DNA of 64,000 bases. Source: Squalus acanthias. Taxonomy: Eukaryota. The notes under the pieces are model-generated. The model was given only the letters and a program-made list of their open reading frames with translations. It was not told the DNA's origin and made no database searches. The stretch is from assembly GCA_030390025.1 (NCBI GenBank), contig JASTWF010000579.1, forward strand, positions 124,001 through 188,000. Reading direction: 5' to 3'. Shown piece by piece: positions 1-14,699 of the stretch; the stretch's first letter is position 1, and each line of letters opens with the position of its first letter. A program made the position numbers and the translations under genes.

Positions 1-1094
1 GCAAACACCCTCCTGCCCTTTGAATTTGGAAATGTACAGTAGGACCGATGAGCTAAGGGAGCTACATGAACCCACCCAGCTCAATATTCCACACTAACCG
101 TTGGCACAGACACGCTACTCACAAAGTCAATTAGAATAATTGAGACTGAGCCCAGCTAACCAAGAGGATGCGGTTTAGAATTTTTGGGAGGGAAGAGAGC
201 GGAAAGGGTGTATTGTTTGGAGGGAAATCCAGCAGATTGCTTCAGAAGAATTCAGGTAATCAGAATTGTGCAGTATCGTGACCATCCACTGAGCTGTCTG
301 CTTTCAACTGCCGTGTGCCTGGACAGCTCTTCTGCCTGCCTCTTGTCAGTAGTCACTCAGCTGTGAAATAGCAGAAAATTAGGTCAGTGCCGTGCCAGCC
401 TTGCTTTGGGTTGGTGGGGGCGGGGGGTGAGGGGGAGGCTTGCTGTGCACAGGAATAAATACCTATTTTCTGTGTCCTTGAAAGTAATGCTGAGGTTTTT
501 AGCTGTTTCTCTTTTGCATTGAGCCCTAATGATGTGAAGATTTAAAAGTACTACAGTTATTGCACTCCAATCTATTTCTGTATGAGACTTGTAACAAGTT
601 TGTCTGCAGTATCTTGTGTGGCAGGGGGTAGTGTATAACAGAGGAAGGATTTTATTCACAGCCTTTTATACAAGGTGGTTGGAGACAATGGAATAAGATG
701 GAGCCTTCCAATGATTTCAGTAGTTTAGTGTGGGTAATGCTGGCTATATGGGCCGGGGGTGCGAGCATTGCCAATCGATGCTAAGCGTGGCCTTGCCCTT
801 TTCTACTCCAGGTGGCAACAAGAGCAGCAATGAACCGGATTTACATTTTTACTGTGGTCAGAAGTTTGTATTTGGTGTACTTTGAAGCATACAGTATTTT
901 TGTGTAGCATTCTGTTACACGAGGGATGCAGAATGCTGCATGGATGCAGCCTCCATTTACATGCTGTGTGATGTACATTTCCTGTCTGCGCAGTTTTGGT
1001 TGAATACCACACCACGTGCTCTAGGGTAAATTCCACCCCTGAAAATGTTGTCGGGGACCTTTCAGCAGTGCCTAATTTGGCAAATAAAAAATAA

Positions 1095-1397
1095 ATTATC
1101 TAGAACTAGGGGGCATAGTCTCGGGCTAAGGGGTCGGCCATTTAAGACTGAAATGAAGAATTTCTTCACTGAGGGTTGTGAATCTTTGGAATTCTCTGCC
1201 CCAAAGGGCTGTGGATGCTCAGTCGTTGAGTATATTCAAGGCTAAGATCGATAGATTTTTGGACTCGAGAGGAATCGAGGGATATGGAGATAGGGCAGGA
1301 AGGTGGAGTTGAGGTCGAAGATCAGCCATGATCTTATTGAATGGCGGAGCAGGCTTGAGGGGCGGTATGGCCGACTCCTGCTCCTAGTTCTTATGTT
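1095..1397 (+). mobile_element. CR1-type LINE 3' fragment
   Basis: SRTRGHSLGLRGRPFKTEMKNFFT ORF2 C-terminus plus the shared gatcagccatgatcttattgaatggcggagc tail. Confidence 0.85.
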
Positions 1398-2075
1398 AAT
1401 CTCTTAAAGGCATTTAAGGTGAAATAGTGAGCCATCCAATAAAAATACTTGGCAAATGTTGCTGTTCCTGTGAGTCGCACTTTGAAGGAACATTAAACCA
1501 ACTGTGAGATTGCATATTGCAGGAGAGACTTGGTATGCTTTGCCAGCAGGCTGTAGGTGCAGAGGTTTTTTGTTGCAGCTTCTCTTCATCCAGTGTATTT
1601 GGGTATTTGCTCTTGAAGCAACCTTGCAGCCCCATTTTGCACTCAGTACTTGGATTGACATTAATTGCATGAGCTCCCACATTGGGCTCCAAATTATCCA
1701 GCTGTAGTCGGGCTGGTCTGGTGCGAACATTCTTATAAATAATGTTAGAATTCTTTGTTAAGCTGCGAAAGATTTCAGTGTGCATTCATGCAGCCCATTC
1801 TTTTCCCAACAACTTGCACCATTCCTTTCCTGACGAGGAGAGAGAGAAAGTGGGAAACCCGTAAAGCTCTTCAGTAACAGGAAGCTCTGCATTTTTGCTA
1901 TCCAATGCTAGTATTTTTCAGAAATTTGGACATGAAATTAACCAGATTCAGAACGTGTTCGCTCCTTCTTCCCCCCAACCACCCCATTCCTGTTAGCCAG
2001 TGCTCATTGATGCAGCGAATGTTCAGTAAGCTGTCCATGCAGTAGGTGCTAACTTATTTTTTTTCCCCTCTCCAG

Positions 2076-2399
2076 TGCCAGAACCAACCAAGACCAGTCA
2101 AAGCCAGCCTCAGCCTGCCAACCCTAACAGCGGCACTTCCACAACTACCAGCAACAATAGCAATGCCAAGCGGGTCCCAGCCAACACTCAGCAGCAAGCC
2201 TTGTCTCGATATCCACCTCGTGAAGTACCGCCACGCTTTCGACACCAGGAGCAAAAGCAACTGCTGAAAAGGGGCCAGCAGCTACCATCGGCAGCTGGGA
2301 CCGCAACACCAGTACTGACCAGCCAGTCTGGAGGCCGTGCTGTTACTGTGCAGCCAGTGACCAACGGACAGCTGCAATACAGCAGCAAAACTCCAACAG
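2076..2399 (+). CDS. TNRC6A: TNRC6A internal coding exon (first in window): VPEPTK...[25 protein letters not shown]
   Basis: tttcccctctccag acceptor and ACAG|gtaacc donor, phase 1-1; [20 protein letters not shown] is the conserved TNRC6 N-terminal motif. Confidence 0.93.
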
Positions 2400-4464
2400 G
2401 TAACCAATTCTGCAAAAACGCAAGTAACACAAAGCAATAACTTCCTCATCTGCCTTCAGCAGTGCTTAAACTTCTGACAAAAATGTATTGCATCAAATTT
2501 GCTCAGTTGCAGCAGCTCGACTATACCTGCTTATCCTTACTGCTTCAACACTCGTGCTAGGCGATCACTCTACTGAAGATAATGGCAGTGACTAGAGTAT
2601 TGGGTTTAGTTAAGTGCTCGATTCCACCATTCTAGGAAAGAATCAATTAATAGTGCATGTAAAACTGTTCTCCTTTTGAATGTTTTGGGGAATGAATCTG
2701 CAGCCTGTTGAAGCACTGTTCCTGTCTTCAGATGGGAATTCTGTTAACCAGGTCTGTTGCTGCCATTGTAGTTGCTCAGTTGTCTAAATTCCCTGAAGAC
2801 CGAGTGTAGCGACCTTTATGCTAACATCTGGAAAGTTCACCTGCAGCGACAAGTGGTTGTAATGCTAGACTCTGGCACTAATTTAAGTACAGATGCACTA
2901 AGCCGTTCTGCAGATGCATCCTAAAGAATACAGCACTCCTGCTCTGCACAGCACACTGGAGTATCAGTACATTGTGCTGCTGTGCATTCTACTCTCTGTT
3001 CTTTCGTTCTTGTACTCCCTCCCCAGCCACAGGATGTAGTGTTCCTGGCTAGATAACACAAATGGAGCGACTCTTTCAAAGTGAAAAATGTACAGGTTTA
3101 TGAAACTCTTTTTAATGTTGAGCCCACACAGATTGTGGGATTCTGTTGTGAAAACGATCGATCCAATTGCTGGTGATTATAGCTACCTTAACTCCCTGCT
3201 ATTATAAAAAAAAAATATTCCAAGAGTGTTCTTTAATAGACGTCTGCAAACTCCTTTTCTGTGAGTTTTAGACGATATTTTAATGTGCAATTGATGCCAG
3301 TCTCTGAGATTCATGAATAAAAGCTTGCTGAGAAGACTTGCACAGTTATATTTCAGTACCAGCTGTGTGTCCCAGTGGTAGAAAGTGCCCCGTTTATATT
3401 GTGGGGCAGTTTCCACAGCAGCTGCACATGTTCACTTCTAACTCTCGATCTGTGACCATATAGATAACCACTGTATATTGCCCAGTGTTTCCCACAAAGT
3501 GGCAACCAGACATGGTTGCCTCCAACAGGCATAATTCTGCTACGGTTGCTATCAGGGGCAGCTCTGTATACTTTGTGAAGGTGGCAGCTTTTTGCCATTG
3601 CCAGCAAACTGGCAGCTTTTTTACTGAACTTTTGCTAGTTCATCACAATAATGGGAGGCGATTGTCACCTTCCCCTCCCCTAACCCTGTTATGGCAGTCT
3701 ACACAACTCGAACGGCGAGTATTTCTCACTGGATGTGTTGCTTGATTTATTTCTTTCATTCTGGGAAGGAAGGGATAGATCAGATTGAAAAAGTAAATTT
3801 TAAGTTTTAGAAAGAGCAGATGGGGAAGGGGAAAGAAGGGGATGGAATGGGGCCGCAGAGTGAGGATTGAAGCGTACGTTAGGGTTAACACTGTCATCAA
3901 GGCCCCCCTCCTTTCTCAGTGCCTGGATCGCTAAGCATTTATCAGTGCTGTATCACGTGCTGAAAACGATCAAAACAAGTTGGCCCAGGAAGGCAGGCAT
4001 CTCCCTGAGCCCTTTGGCAATCTAAGGGTTAAGTCTTCCATTTGCTGAATGAAGAGGTGAGGCAGGTGTGCTGTGCTGAAGACTCCCTATGGAGCATCAT
4101 CCTCCTGCATTCCTAGCACCGACTTTGGGTACTTTTCACACCAATGGGCGACTGGCCTTCTCAGCCGACTTCCTTCTATTGTATTGAAGCCTGAGTGGGG
4201 GGCTAGTTATCAGTAAAGTTGCACAGTCCATTAAGGGGTCACTGAAGTTGATGTCATGTACTGGATATTAAAGCTGAACGTTTCCATTGCTGTGTTGATA
4301 TTGTGACTGCTCAAGATGTTGACTATGGGGATTTCCGTTTATTGCTGTCCTTTGTGTTAAAACTTCCCATCGGGCCCCGGCGTTAACCTGTCTAATATGC
4401 TTTTATATTAGCCCCTGTGTTTTGTGACTTTGGCCCAGTGCATACCAAATTAGAGAAAGAATTC

Positions 4465-4765
4465 ACTTGCATTTATTCAGCGCCTTTCACAACCTCAGGA
4501 CGTCCCAAAGTGCTTTACAACCAATTAAGTACTTTTGAAGTGTAGACACTGTTGTAATGTAATGTAGGAAACATAGCAGTCAATTTGCCACAGCAAGGTC
4601 CCACAAACAGTAATGAAATAAATGACTGGATCATCTGTTTTTTAGACGTTGGTTGAGGGATAAATGTAGGCCAGGACACCGGGAGCACTCCCCTGCTCTT
4701 CGAATAATGGCTTGAGATCTTTTGCATTGCTTTAATGTTTTATCTGAAAAATGGCAGCTCCGACA
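4465..4765 (-). mobile_element. DeuSINE-type SINE fragment
   Basis: Reverse complement of the 3' half of the SINE at 55430-56125. Confidence 0.75.
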
Positions 4766-5354
4766 GTCTTTAAGCAAACCTAGCCCAATCACTCACCAGC
4801 CTTTTCACTTGTTCAATCCACATGCAATGGTGAAGCAGAGCCTCGCCATCGCACCCCACTTGTACCTCTTCATTTTTTGGTTTTCCTTTCCATCCAAGAG
4901 GCCATGCTGTATCAAAGCTCTATCATTGAATAATGTCTAATTCTTGTGATTTGGGCTGCCATTGGTGAGTTTATTCCTGATAGAAATTGTTGCGGTTAAG
5001 TGCTGTTAAATAAGTCAGTTTTGCTGTAGTATAATGCTATAGAGAGCCGCTGTCCGGTGCACTGTGTCCTGGGATAGCTTCAGCTTAAAAACACGCAATT
5101 AAAATGAAGGGTGACTGATAAACTGCTGGGTCAAATTTTGGAAATATGTTTTTATAATTGTTTTAATTGTGATGAGGGAGAGCTCAGTTTTAATCTTTGA
5201 TCAGAAGCGAGCTGAGAATATATTGAACCCTGACACCTTTTATGGTTCTCTTGCTTTTTCTTAGGCATGCCTCCCATTCGTGATTTGGTCAGCCACTCCC
5301 CTAACCAGTCAGGTGACTAAAGCTTTATATTTTCTCTCCCTTCTTCTGCCTTCT

Positions 5355-5356
<2 letters not shown>

Positions 5357-5399
<43 letters not shown>
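5357..5399. repeat. (TC)n microsatellite
   Basis: Direct inspection. Confidence 0.95.
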
Positions 5400-5404
<5 letters not shown>

Positions 5405-8400
5405 TCCTTCTGTTCTCCCTTCCCTTCTGTCACTATCTCAGTGTGGCTTGGTTTTGCCCTTCCTGAAGAATAAGCAAGGGTTGTGGCAGTGGCTGCATAC
5501 ATGATACCTGCTGGATGTGCTTGTGGTTGCTGACTGGGGACGTTAGTTGGGTTCAGCCAGCTTGCTTCGCTTCCTGGTGCGTCTGTCGTGTTCTTTTATG
5601 TTTGTACCGCAGCAACAGACTTGCATGTTTCTCTGAAGTGTCTTGTCTTATGTGGCTCAGGCACAGCTTAAAAGCTTTTCCTGTTGTACATGCACCTAAT
5701 GAGCAATATCAGACCTCATGTAGACTTGACTACCAGGGATCCTCAGTAAGCAGCTTTACAGGGATAGCATTAGGTTATTTTAACACTCAATGTATCTGCA
5801 TTACAAGGCCAGTCTGGGCTGGGAACAATGCTCAATTTTCTCAATGTGGAGTGTTATTGAATGCTAATATTGTGATCAGACCTCAGCTGCACTGTTAAAT
5901 GATACACTTGTCATTTTAAAGCCATTTTTGGGGCTATGTTGAGGTGCTCTCTGCTCTCTCTCTCTCTCTCTCTCTGCCACAGACCATTCAGAGCCAGGAT
6001 GATGGGAAGGTACCTACTCCCATGCCTTTGCCTTTGTAGCTCTCGATCAGACTGTTAGTGTTGGAGTTGTCGAGGGTAATGGTCTCCCTAAATATATCTC
6101 TTTTTTAAATCATGTTCCTATTTGCCTCTCCTGGTTATCTGGGCTGAGACCAGGACATCACAGTGATGAGAATCACTGGCAAAATCCACAGCCCTCTGTA
6201 GAATTGCCCACGCTTTAAATCTGCATGCTGTAGTGACTTGGGAGAATACACACACACACTTCACACACAGACGCACACATCAATGTTCCCATTAATTTGC
6301 AGATATCTCAAGTTACTGATATTAACAGATCTTGGGGTTAGGATTTATCCACCAATAAGGCACCAGCACTAACATACCTCTCAGGACCTCCAGTTTACAG
6401 GGGGGAGAGGGGGAAGAAATTTAAGTGCGTATAGGGCTGAGTTGGCTGGGCTTCAAGGGCCAGACTGGCAGGGGGCTGTAGTTTGGACAACCAGCTCTAC
6501 TACATGACACAGCAGATACTGAATTAACTCGTGGCCCCCAGCTATTCGTTTTGAAGAAGGTACAGTGAGCTTTCTGTGAATGGAGTGAATTTAGTTTTTG
6601 ACTTTACTTCCACCCTGCAGGACCTTAAGATTTCCTGTCCATTTTTGGGTAGGCATTTGTTTATCATCGTGATCTTTTTCCATGTAATCCTTAAGATTAA
6701 TTTATAGTTTTTCTGTAATCATAATTCCAGGTTGTTTCTGGGTAAACCGTACGGAAAACTTTAGCCTGCGTCATTCCCTCACGGGGTGAAATCTCCATTT
6801 ACGAGAAAACTGCAAAATGCTGGAACTGCACAGTATCTGAAGGTTGTGGCTCGGATTAACCTATGCACTTCCAGTGGCCACTATTTCCCTCAGATTATGG
6901 AATTGAGTCACTGCTGGGCCAATCAGTAAGCAAGGAGGGGATCCAACAGTCATATAGTTACAAAATGTACATAGATAATTTCATAGAATTATAAATTAGA
7001 GGTCCAACCACATTTTGTTCAGATTTACAAATGCAACCTATTAGCTCTTCACTCTGCCAGAGTGACGACATCGCAACCTTTTGATTGAATTAGTATGTTG
7101 TAGTTTTCTGAAGAGTATTCATTTATCCTCTTGTCAGTGCTTTGATTTGTGTGTTGAAGGGGGCCATTAATCTGTGTGGGAGGATGTAGCTGGAGTACTG
7201 TAGCGAGCGGTTCCTCGAATTATATTCACTGTTGGGCAAACCTCCACGTGGATTTTGCAACAACAAATATTCCCACATGTAAAGGGGATTTCACAGCAAC
7301 ACATGATCTGGGTACTCACTTAGTAGATTATCAGTGGTCATCCTGCTCCGTGCAGCAGTGTTCTTATGAAAAAATACTGCGAGGGAATGTTATTTGCTAT
7401 ATTTATTCATATATAACTACTTTTCAGTAATGCTGCACCATAATTACCTCCTGCATAGATCGTGTACTCGATCTGATTTTCCTGTGAGGCTTTCGCAATT
7501 TGGTGGCGGGCAGGATGGAATTCGAGCAATTGTGTGTTGGCACATGGCTGAAGCCATGGGAATTTGGCCCTAGTAACCACCAGTAAGCTTTCTGTGGCCT
7601 CTCTACAAACAAAGCAAGCTTGTATGTGCAGCTGATGCAGTGTAAGCACTGAGCACCCTCACCATCACCATGACGGGGAAAAAACCCCCCACCCAAACAT
7701 CACACTAAAAGGCAGCAAAGTTTTTTAACGTTACTCGCCATCAGTGGGGTAATGGTGTGGTAGAGTCAACACTGCTTTGGAACTCTCGGTTATTTTCGGT
7801 TTGAAAAACACCACCTTTTGAAAATCCAGAGAGATCCGCAAAGTGTAGAGACCATCAACATTCTTTTGCACGGTGGTATTTGTGGTTGGGGTGTGTGGGG
7901 AGGAGAAGGAAAGAGCTAAAATAGCATGGATACTATGGAATCCAGTTAAAATGCCCCATGTTTCAATTAGCTGTGGTGTGTAGATTGTCTTTCACAAGCC
8001 TGCTGTGAATGTGCAACTTATAATGCAGTGGATAGGAAATCTCATCCTGGTGAGTTATAGCACTACCCAGCACCAACATAAAGGAACCCAGTAACACAAG
8101 CCAGCAAAGTCTTGTAAAGATCAGAATATGGAGGCTTAAGGGCCTATTCAGACTTTTATACAGCCATAGTAAGCAATGATCAGTAAGTGGCAAATTTTGC
8201 GAGATCCTTTCATTATAGTTATGTAGCTAGTATTTTCTGAATTTTCAGTGCGATACTGGGTTGTGTTTCCTCCCCTCCACACCCTCGGTTGAATTCCCGT
8301 CCGTGTATACTCTGCTGTATTGCGGGTTCACTGTTTGGGAATTTAACTTGGAGGAGAGAAAAGATATTCTCTCACTTGCTAAGATCCTGGAACCCAGTAT

Positions 8401-9385
8401 CGGATTGCTTAATTCAGCTCGGAGAGAAATTATGTTTGGCAAGGCAGAACCTGACTGGTGTCCATGGAGATGCTGGAGATTGCCAGCAATTCATTCTGAT
8501 TCTTATTGTTTACTCTGTATATGTTTAACCTCTTCGAGGCTGGCGGCAGCATTCCTGCACCAGAACCCAATATTAAACGAGGGTTAGATGAAGAGGGGTG
8601 AGAAGAGGCTCGTGTGGTGCATAACCACCAGCATCGACCAGTTGGGCCAAATGGCCTGTTTCTGTGCTGTTAATTCTATGTAAGTGGGTAAATTAAATTC
8701 TGTGCACTTAAGTTCCATCATCAGAATGCACAGAACAGTGTTTACTGTTTTTCAAGTTGTGTATTTAATGCTGAAAAATCCCTTTCATGTGTTCAGTTTA
8801 CTGTGAGCAGATTGAATTCTGCAAACTACAGGTTCCTTCTGTACAGCTCTACAATGCATTTTTGAAAACTGTTAAGGTACAGTTCATTCTTGCGTATTTT
8901 ACTTGGGGTAAAAAGAGAGGGGAATGATTGAGATGTTTTACAGTGTCCCTAACTCATACCTGGAGGCGGAATTGAGAAGTTTGAAAATTTCGAGAGTAGT
9001 TTGCAGAATTTGAAGTTTTTAATGCGAGCTGGTTTTCCAATCAGAAGTTTGCATTTACAAATCGGATGATTGGATCTTGAAATCTAAAGCACCCATTGAG
9101 CAGGCTGGAGGTTGGTATCCCTGGTGAATGGCCATGGTGTTGTTGCAAGTTATGTTGTGACACTTCCTGCAGTGAATGGCCATTACCCTGCTGAATAAAC
9201 AGGAACTCTGCACAGTTACACTGTGAATAACCCTTACCCCACTGAATATACTGCACACTTGCACAGTGTGTAACCCTAACCCTGTTGAATAAACAGTAGC
9301 TTCATAGAAAAATTGGCAATTTAAACAAAGTATTTCACGTAAGTGAATAGAATATGGAACCCATTGTGACAAGGAGCTATTAAAG

Positions 9386-10870
9386 CTGATATTGTTAATG
9401 GTTCCCTCTCCTCAAGTACTGTCCTGCTCCCCTTCAAATCTGCTGTCATCGCCCCCTCCTCAAAAAACCCACCCTTGACCCCTCTGTCCTTGCAAACAAC
9501 CTCCCTTTCCTCTCCAAAGTCCTTGAACGTGTTGTCGCCTCCCAAATCCGTGCCCATCTTTCCTGCAATTCCATGTTTAAACCCCTATAATCTGGTTTCC
9601 GTCCCCACCATAGTACTGAAACGGCACTTATCAAAGTCACAAATGACATTCTATGTGACTGACGGTGGTAAATTATCCCTCCTCGTCCTTCTCGACCTGT
9701 CTGCAGCCTTTGACACAGTTGACCACACCATCGTCATCCAACGCCTCTCTCCTCTGTTGTCCAGCTGGATGGAGCTGCCTTTGCCTGGTTCCATTCTTTT
9801 CTATTGAATCGTAGCTGGTAAATCACCTGCAACGGCTTCTCTTCCCACTCCCGCACCATTAACTCTGGTGTCCCCCCAAGGATCTATCCTTGGCCCCCTC
9901 CTCTTTCTCATCTACATGCTGTCCCTCGACGACATCATCCAAAAGCAGATTAGGTTCCACTTGTACGCTGACAACACCCAGCCCTATCTCACCACCACCT
10001 CTATTGACTCCTCCTGTCTGATTTGCCACACTGCTTGTCCGACATGCAATATTGGATGAGCAGAAATTTCCTCCGACTACATATTGGGAAGACTGAAGCC
10101 ATTGCCTTTGGTCCCCGCCACAAAATCCATTCCCTGACCACCGTTTCCATCCCTGGCAGCTGTCTGATGCTGAGTCAGACTGTTCGCAACCTTGGTGCTG
10201 TGTTTGACCCCCTAGATGAGCCCCCGACCACGTATCCGCTCCATCACCAAGACTGCCGACTTCCACCTCCGTAACATCGCCTGACTCTCACCCTGTCTCT
10301 GCTCATCTGCTGAAATCCTCATCCTTTGTTACCTCTAGACTTGACTATTAAGTGCTCTCCGGCCTCCCATCCTCCACCCCACATAAACTTGTGCTCATCC
10401 AAAACTCTGCTGCCCGTATCTTAACTCGCACCCATCACCCCTGTGCTTGCTGATCTACACTGGCTCCTGGTCAGACATGCCTCAGTTTTAAAATTCTCAA
10501 CCTTGTTTTCAAGTCCCCCCATGGCCTTGCCCCTCCCTATCTCTGTAACCTCCTCCAGCCCTACAAGCCTTCGAGATCTCTGCGCTCCTCCAATTCTGGC
10601 CTCTTGTGCATCCCCGATTTTAATCGCTCCACCATTGGTGGCCGTGTCTTCAGCTGCCTCGGCCCTAAGCTCTGGAATTCCCTCCCTAAACCTCTCCACC
10701 TCTCTCTGTCTCTCCTCCTTTAAAATGCTCCTTAAAGCCTACCTCTTTGACCAAGCCTGTCCTGGTGTCTCCTTCTATCAAAAATGTTTTTATTGATGAC
10801 GCTCCTGTGAAGTGCCTTGGGATGTTTGGCTGCGTTAAAGACGCTACATAAATGCAAGTTGTGTTGTTGA
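9386..10870 (+). mobile_element. L2-clade LINE, decayed RT and 3' end
   Basis: LLVLLDLSAAFDTVDH, PQGSILGPLLF, HLYADNTQ fragments with frameshifts; ...aaatgcaagttg tail. Confidence 0.9.
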
Positions 10871-13800
10871 AACTGAATCGATGACCAGCATGTAAGAAGG
10901 AATTGGGTAAATACTTGTAGAGGAAAAGTATGAAAGGGTCTGGGAAAGAAGGTGGAAGCTGGACGAGAGTGGAGCAAGCTTGTGCACAGTGGGCCAGTGG
11001 CCACTTTTTGTGCGCTAATTTCTGTGAGCGGAGAGCAAAGTGTTAATTGGTCAGCATTGGACAGGGTTTCTATTTGTCATCCTTAAAACCGTTCGGCATG
11101 TTGACAGTATTTAGATAAACTCCAGTTGTGATTGTGTATTTTTACTGGGCTATATACTGGCACTGGATTGTACGAAGCACAAAGCAGCTAATACAGTCTG
11201 TATTAAATATCAGTTTTACAGAGTGACTGAGTATATATAGCGAGGCACTCATCGGCTCTCGCGTTACACTTGACTACAGCCTGTGTGATAGGAACACTAC
11301 CCTAGCAACTCACAGGCAGCTTGCTTCACTTAAGCTCATGGCAGACAAACAGCCTCATTTGTCCTTGATTTCTCCTTGGTAGCCAATTTCCACACTGCAC
11401 TCAGCCCAGTGGCATGAAAACAATAAAAATGCGAGGCACTGTCGCTGGACGTTTCTGCTTTGCCCTGATTATGCAAAATAATTCAACAAACATTAATAGC
11501 TTTTTTTTCTTGTGGTTTTTCAAACAAATGACCCAACTTAAGATACCAGTGTAACAATAGTTTTTTTTGGCAAGCCGGGAAGGTGCATCGTCCACGCTTC
11601 GTCTGGAGCTCTGTGATGCTGGGGCCGTGTGTTCGCAGTGTGATTTGGTTTCTGGCTGCATTCTCCCCGGCAGCCATTTCTTGAATGTTTGCAGCAAAGC
11701 TTGCGCAGTGCTGCTCTGGTACTGTGGCTGTTGCTGTGCTTCTGTTGGCTGCATTTCAATATTGACTAGTGTGCACTGATGGTAGGGGCTACAGTTCACC
11801 TCCCAGTAAAAAGGGATTTGCGGAATTGTCACAAGGACGGCGCTAGACTGCATGACATTACATGTGCCTTGTTAATCATTCAGTTTTACTGTTAACTAAG
11901 ATTTAGGTTTTAAAATGTTACTGCTTGGGTAGAGCATGATTTTCGTTTTGCATGTGGCACGAGAGACTGCTCAGACTAACCTTGGCAGAGGGACAAAATC
12001 AGCTTCAGGGGAGGCTTTGGCAGCCATGTTGTAGCGCAATTTGAAGCCGTACAGTCCAGCTGAGGGAGAAATGAGCTTTAATACAGCGTTGCTGTCTGGA
12101 GGGTACAGGATCCAAAAGAGCAAGGTGTTTCTAGAAGAGAATGTGTGCTTTAATCTCCTGTGGATGCCCACGTGTTAGCTAAGCTTATGGGGATATATTC
12201 TGGTGATTTCTCCTTTACGTATCTGCAAAATGGCAACAGCTGGATCATGTGTCCTGCCGAATGCAACCTATCGAAGGCATGTTTTCTTTAATATTCTACA
12301 CGTGCACTTTCATTGTCCGAGCGGGCCGCTCCGTTAATGTTACTGGCAACATCATCTTGTTGGTATGCGTGGCTGGGCGTAGTGGTATTAAAAGATCAGC
12401 TGCATATCTTGCAGGCTAACGTTACAGAAAGGTGCTTTGCTGGTTAAACTTCATAAAATTAAATAGAGGGGTTAGATAAGTTGATTTTGCGCTAGCTGTC
12501 TCTGACTAGTCTATACATTCTCCAACACCAGCTATCTGTCGGCAAACATTCATCAACTAGACGCTTAATCAAATACTTGGACAAGGGTACAGCGTGAAAT
12601 TGAGACATTCTCCGCACCTCCACACAGTATGATACACATGTTCAGTAATTTGTTTAATGACCAGCAGATGGTTTCGATTAGTGTGTACTGGCTGGAGATG
12701 GTACCTTTGCCACAGGGGAGAGGGAAAAGCAACAAGTTCAAAATCAGGAATGCAAAACACCTGGCTTGTTAGCAATTACTTGCATTGTGTAAGGAGGGGG
12801 CGATAGGAAAGATGATTACAAGTGTGCTTTCATGTACCGAGTAAAAGTTCTCTTTCCACAAGCTATTAGTTCAGTTTTTATTCTGTGTATGGCTTTTCCA
12901 TAAATTTAACCCTCGTGCTGATTCGAGAACTCATGCACACCTTTCATCTAAACATTGTGTGCTGTGCACGTTTTTGCTCCCTCCCCGAGAGGATGCAGTT
13001 TTCTTGTCCCGACTTTTCTTCCTGCCTCTCCTAAAATTGTTGAGCCATAGTTCCAACAGTGACCAGCCCAGTGTAAGCCAAGTCGGTGAGTGCTAGTGGA
13101 CCATTTGAGCATGGAGGGGCAATCACAACGGAGGTGGTTCCTGCCTGCACAAATACACTTTGTAACGCTGGTTACTGGACAGTGATTGGGAACCGATACC
13201 CTCATTTACTTTGATTTCTCTCTTCTTCCCCTTTCCCCAGCTCCCCCTTAGCATGAGAAAATTGAGACCAGCTTTACTGTCCTCCTCTGTGGCCTGGGAC
13301 AGATCTACAAACTCAGCAGTCCAAGAATTAAGTAAATTCCATTCTGAGGCTAGAGTGCTGTCTATCTGAAGCTTTATGCTAAATGAAATTTACATGGGAC
13401 TAGTGGGTTAGACATTTCATCTGAGAAACCTGGGTTTGAATCTCACCTGGTTATAAAGCTGCAAGCTCAGTATCTGACATACTTTTATGCTAATCACGTT
13501 AGTGAACTAGATATATTTCTTTCTGATAGAGCTGCTGATGATACAAATTCTTGAGATATTACTGTACCTTGCAATGCGTGTATTGGTCACGGTTCACTAT
13601 TGGCCACTGTCCTTTTTAAATGGGGCAGCCAGGCCATTGCCTGGCAGGGGTGGCCATTGTCTGGCGGGGCTGGGCCATTGCCTGGCGGGGGTGGGCCATC
13701 TCCTCTCTGGCTGTAAGAATGATTTGTTGGACAGTCTCAACCCAGTTTGTGGGAAGTGAGAGTCCATAACTCAGCTGTCCATAATTCAGTGCTAAGCTGG

Positions 13801-14099
13801 CATTCTATGGATGGTGGGTGTCGGAAAGGGAAGTGGTCCCCTATTTGTATATTTATCTCAAGCCTGCGTTCCATCAATCACACTTGGTTACTGATGCAAA
13901 ACAGTCCTTTAGAAAGAGAAAGAATACCAGCCATTGACCAGCAGACTGAAACTTAAAAGAAATTACAAATGTCCCCAGCTGTTTACAGGCTGAATTTGCC
14001 AGCAGCGAATTTTCGCACAGCAGACTTAAAGGGACAGGCCAGGTTAGCAGTTACGCGCTCCAGACTCTGCGCAAGTGGTATCGTGGGAATTCCACTCAT

Positions 14100-14490
14100 G
14101 TTCTCATAAGGACATAAGAATTATGATGGAGTCGGCCAGACGGCCCCTCGAGCCTGCTCCGCCATTCAATAAGATCATGGCTGATCTTCGACCTCAACTC
14201 CACTTTCCTGCCCGATTCCCCATATCCCTTGATTCCCCTAGAGTCCAAAAATCTATCGATCTCTGCCTTGAATATACTCAACGACTGAGCATCCACAGCC
14301 CTCTGGGGTACAAAATTCCAAAGATTCACCACCCTCTGAGTGAAGAAATTTCTCCACATCTCAGTATTAAAAGGCCATCCCTTATCCTGAGACTGTGCCC
14401 CCTAGTTCTAGACACTCCAGCCAGGGGAAACAACCTCTCAGCATCTACCCTGTCAATCCCCCTCAGAATCTTTTATGTTTCTTATGTTCT
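14100..14490 (-). mobile_element. CR1-type LINE 3' fragment
   Basis: RNFFTQRVVNLWN...FKAEIDRFL on the - strand. Confidence 0.9.
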
Positions 14491-14699
14491 TGTAAGGTTA
14501 CAAAACAAATACAGATAAGGGAGGTCAATTGACCCATCTTTACTCATCCTTGCCAAGTGAAAGACTGACAATTCCCCTTCACCTTCCTCTAACGATCTTG
14601 GACTAAGGTTCTCAACAGCATTACTCTATCTGAAGGCCACTTTGTGTTCATCACTCTTTCTATAGAGAAATTACATCGGCCCTAAATTGTCCTTGCACC

